DNA of 64,000 nucleotides, taken from NCBI GenBank assembly GCA_046483495.1, contig JAWODC010000067.1, forward strand, positions 96,001-160,000. Direction: 5' to 3'. Every line of letters starts with the position of its first letter. Position 1 is the stretch's first letter. Shown in pieces: positions 61,012-64,000 of this stretch. The notes beneath the pieces were generated by a model, which saw only the letters and a list, made by a program, of their open reading frames with translations, searched no databases and was not told where the DNA came from. The translations under genes and the position numbers were made by a program. The stretch is from Desulfobacterales bacterium (GTDB lineage Bacteria > Desulfobacterota > Desulfobacteria > Desulfobacterales > UBA5616).

Positions 61012-61040
61012 TTGACATTTGCCCCATTAACCGATAAATT
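61012..61040 (+). promoter_or_regulatory. sigma70 promoter for the Rho-N/xerC/hslVU cluster
   Basis: TTGACA-N17-TAAATT. Confidence 0.65.
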
Positions 61041-61139
61041 TTTTATTTTTAATTAGTGGGATAAAGCTAATGGAAGCGGAGGCTTAGAAGGCCTCCGCTT
61101 GTGCTTTCAAATCCGGTATGAAAGGAGACGTCGCAAAGA

Positions 61140-61466
61140 ATGGGCAAAAAGAAAAAAGAAACAAAGGAAAAACCGCTGGAAAAAATGACATCCAAGGACC
61201 TGCGGGAGATCGCCATGAAAATTCCCGAAATCACCGGTGTCCACGGTATGAATAAAGAAGAATTGATTTCGGAAATTAAGAAATCCCGGGGAATCGCCGA
61301 GGAAACAAAGAGCAAAGGATCTTCAGCCAGAGAGATCAAAGAGAAGATCAGGAAGTTGAAGGCGGACCGAAGTGCGGCCGAAAAGGCCGATGATCGTGAA
61401 AAATCCGCCATCTTACGGAAACGAATCATACGGTTGAAAAAGAAAAGCCGACGCGCAGCTGCGTGA
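61140..61466 (+). CDS. Small basic protein with a Rho termination factor N-terminal-like domain
   Basis: LEKMTSKDLREIA...GVHGMNKEELISEI followed by a Lys/Arg-rich coiled coil; RBS AAAGGAG. Confidence 0.75.
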   Translation: MGKKKKETKEKPLEKMTSKDLREIAMKIPEITGVHGMNKEELISEIKKSRGIAEETKSKGSSAREIKEKIRKLKADRSAAEKADDREKSAILRKRIIRLKKKSRRAAA

Positions 61467-62425
61467 GCCCGCTGATCATCCGGCCCGCGACCGGTGAAGG
61501 ATTACGGATGGAAATCGCCTCTATACCGTCATTTGCAGCGTCGTTTGTGGAATCTTTGGCCTCGGAAAAAGGATATTCCATACACACCTGTAGAGCTTAT
61601 GATAAAGATTTGCAGGAGTTTTCGCTCTTTCTGGCGCATTATCTGAAAAAGAGTCCCGACGCTATCAGACCGGATGAGGTAGATGGGTTGGCTATTCGCG
61701 GATTCTTGGGTTTTTTGCACAAAAAAAATACCAAGGCGACAATCGCGCGCAAACTTTCCGCGCTGCGGTCGTTCTTCAATTTTCTGGTAAAGCACGGCAT
61801 TTTGCGGGGAAACCCGGCGGAATTGATACATACGCCCAAACAGGATCAGGCGATACCCACCTATCTTCCGGTGGATGATATGTTCAGGCTGCTGGATTCC
61901 ATCTGTAAACAGGATTTTCAGGGACTGAGAAACCGGGCTCTTTTCGAACTGATGTACTCCTCCGGCATTCGGGTATCCGAATTGGCCGGAATAAATATGC
62001 ATGATGTCGATTTTTCTCAGAAACTGATACGGGTCAAGGGAAAAGGGAATAAAGAAAGGATTGTGCCTGTCGGGGAAAAAGCGTTGAATTGCGTTTCCCG
62101 GTACCTGGACGTCCGGAGGCCATATGAAAACGAAGCGCTCGGCAAAGAAAGCCCTATGTTTTTAAACAAAAACGGCACCCGGCTTTCCACGCGTTCCATT
62201 GCACGCATTCTGGACAAACTCGCCAGGGCATGCGGTTTGGTGACCCCGGTGTCCCCCCATGCTTTTCGACATTCGTTTGCCACTCACATGCTGGACGCCG
62301 GAGCCGATTTGAGGGTGGTTCAGGAACTATTGGGCCACAAAAGCCTTTCTACGACACAGAAGTACACCCATGTGAGCATCGATAAGCTGATGCAGGTTTA
62401 CGATAAATCCCATCCGAGGAAATAA
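61463..62425 (+). CDS. xerC: Tyrosine recombinase XerC
   Basis: RKLSALRSFF, SGIRVSEL, GKGNKER, HAFRHSFATH, LGHKSLSTTQKYTH; located upstream of hslVU; start may be 61508. Confidence 0.92.
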   Translation: MSPLIIRPATGEGLRMEIASIPSFAASFVESLASEKGYSIHTCRAYDKDLQEFSLFLAHYLKKSPDAIRPDEVDGLAIRGFLGFLHKKNTKATIARKLSALRSFFNFLVKHGILRGNPAELIHTPKQDQAIPTYLPVDDMFRLLDSICKQDFQGLRNRALFELMYSSGIRVSELAGINMHDVDFSQKLIRVKGKGNKERIVPVGEKALNCVSRYLDVRRPYENEALGKESPMFLNKNGTRLSTRSIARILDKLARACGLVTPVSPHAFRHSFATHMLDAGADLRVVQELLGHKSLSTTQKYTHVSIDKLMQVYDKSHPRK

Positions 62426-62462
62426 TCATTGCCCGAGGGTGTTCAGATCCAGGGAGACGCGT

Positions 62463-62993
62463 ATGAATTTCAAGGGGACAACGATTCTTGCCGTAAGGCG
62501 AAACGGGAAGGTCGTAGTTGCCGGAGACGGACAGGTGACGTTAGACAACACCGTCGTCAAACATACGGCGAAAAAAGTCCGCAAAATTTATCAGGACAGA
62601 ATTATCGTCGGATTTGCAGGGGCAACGGCGGACGCCATGAATCTTTCCGAACGTCTTGAAAGCAAGCTGGAGCGCTATAACGGGAATTTGACCCGTGCAG
62701 CGGTGGAGCTGGCCAGGGATTGGCGAACCGATAAATATTTGCGGCGTCTCGAAGCCCTCATGATCGCTGTTGATGATGCCCGTATGTTTCTCATTTCCGG
62801 CAACGGCGATGTCATCGAGCCGGACGAATCGGTCATCGGCATAGGATCGGGCGCCACCGCAGCCCAGTCAGCCGCCACGGCATTGATGCGGCGGACGGAT
62901 ATGGAGGCGCATGATATCGTTTTAGAGGCCCTTAAGATCGCGGCCTCACTATGCATTTTCACCAACGAATCCATTACCGTGGAACAGTTGTAA
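62463..62993 (+). CDS. hslV: ATP-dependent protease peptidase subunit HslV
   Basis: TTILAVR, GDGQVT, GFAGATADA, DWRTDKYLRRLEA, IGSG. Confidence 0.98.
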   Translation: MNFKGTTILAVRRNGKVVVAGDGQVTLDNTVVKHTAKKVRKIYQDRIIVGFAGATADAMNLSERLESKLERYNGNLTRAAVELARDWRTDKYLRRLEALMIAVDDARMFLISGNGDVIEPDESVIGIGSGATAAQSAATALMRRTDMEAHDIVLEALKIAASLCIFTNESITVEQL

Positions 62994-63025
62994 AAAAAAA
63001 TAAGATATAGGATTAAGACAAGCGC

Positions 63026-64000
63026 ATGAGTGATTTAAAACCATCGGAAATTGTAAAAGAGTTAGACAAATATATTATCGGTCAGCATAACGCGAAGCGA
63101 TTTGTGGCCATTGCTTTGAGAAACCGGTGGCGCCGCCGAAAGGTGCCTGAAGGCTTGAAGGATGAGATCGCGCCGAAAAATATCATCCTCATCGGCCCCA
63201 CCGGTGTCGGCAAAACCGAAATCGCCCGGAGATTGTCCAAACTTACGGATTCGCCGTTTACCAAGGTCGAGGCCTCCAAGTTTACCGAGGTGGGATACGT
63301 CGGCCGGGACGTGGAATCCATGGTCAGGGATCTGGTGGAGCTGACGGTGAATGCCGTTAAGCTTCATGAACAGGAAGCCGTCAGAGAAAAGGCGTATGGA
63401 TTGGCTGAAGAAAAAGTACTGGACCTTCTGCTTCCCAAATCACCGGTTGCCCGAAAAGCGCCGGGCAACGGAGATGATTACGATGATGGGCCGGTCGTGG
63501 TTCAGTCCCGGGAGAAAGCCGTTTCCACGCGAGAAAAGATCCGTAAGATGCTCAGGGAGAAAAAGCTCGACGATAGAATGGTCGAATTGGATGTGTCTGA
63601 ACGCGGCATGCCGATGGTTGAAATTTTTTCCAACGTCGGGATGGAAGAACTGGGGATCAACTTCAAGGATATGCTTGGCGGACTTATGCCGAAGAATACC
63701 CGCAAACGGGAAGTTACGGTTGCCGAGGCTCTGGAAATATTGGAGCAGGAAGAAGCTCAGGCCCTGGTGGATATGGACAAGGTTGTCAGAACGGCCATTG
63801 AAACCGTAGAGCAGTCCGGAATCATTTTTTTGGATGAGATCGATAAAATCGTGGGCAAAAACGGCGCCCATGGTCCCGACGTTTCCCGCGAAGGCGTCCA
63901 GCGGGATCTTTTGCCCCTGGTGGAGGGGTGCAACGTGACAACCAAATACGGGCCGGTCAAAACGGATCATATTCTTTTCATGGCGTCCGGTGCTTTTCAT
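63026..64000 (+). CDS. hslU: ATP-dependent protease ATPase subunit HslU, 5' part (runs off the window end)
   Basis: Manual translation from ATG 63026: [20 protein letters not shown]...ALRNRWRR...[17 protein letters not shown]...[14 protein letters not shown]...FLDEIDK...[15 protein letters not shown]. Confidence 0.97.
   Translation, partial: MSDLKPSEIVKELDKYIIGQHNAKRFVAIALRNRWRRRKVPEGLKDEIAPKNIILIGPTGVGKTEIARRLSKLTDSPFTKVEASKFTEVGYVGRDVESMVRDLVELTVNAVKLHEQEAVREKAYGLAEEKVLDLLLPKSPVARKAPGNGDDYDDGPVVVQSREKAVSTREKIRKMLREKKLDDRMVELDVSERGMPMVEIFSNVGMEELGINFKDMLGGLMPKNTRKREVTVAEALEILEQEEAQALVDMDKVVRTAIETVEQSGIIFLDEIDKIVGKNGAHGPDVSREGVQRDLLPLVEGCNVTTKYGPVKTDHILFMASGAFH

Noticed and set aside
61463..62425. 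Tyrosine recombinase as the integrase of a mobile element
   Set aside because: Sequence and position before hslVU fit housekeeping XerC; no att site, tRNA or cargo genes are seen.
1..64000. Selenocysteine or pyrrolysine readthrough, CRISPR array, tRNA/rRNA, transposase, prophage
   Set aside because: The recognised proteins end at normal family lengths, and I saw no repeat-spacer array, RNA gene signature or mobile-element gene by eye. A cmscan/tRNAscan run would be needed to exclude small RNAs fully.

Overview
A 64 kb chromosomal segment from an anaerobic bacterium, most likely a Desulfobacterales-type deltaproteobacterium (inferred from gene content and intergenic repeat style). The left part (about 1-28.7 kb) is an accessory acyl-CoA and redox region. 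It holds a partial enoyl-CoA hydratase, an atypical Zn-type dehydrogenase, stand-alone ADP-forming acyl-CoA synthetase alpha subunits, three class III CoA-transferases (one BbsE/BbsF-like pair) and three acyl-CoA dehydrogenases (one heteromeric pair, one ACAD10/11/LvaC-like with a nearby APH kinase). It also holds a PIG-L deacetylase + DinB pair, nitroreductases, DUF362/DUF1847 proteins and two genes destroyed by internal deletion (cyclophilin, MmgE/PrpD). The right part is mostly housekeeping: mutY, mltG, a four-subunit 2-oxoacid:ferredoxin oxidoreductase operon, hemW, topA, dprA, secDF-yajC, purB, rne/rng, leuS, lptE, rpsT, murJ, ftsB, coaBC, udg, nfeD-slipin, xerC and hslVU. Three copies of a ~146 bp terminal-inverted-repeat element with a covarying internal stem lie in intergenic spaces. 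I saw no CRISPR array, transposase, prophage, rRNA or tRNA. All calls come from motif recognition by eye; no searches were run.
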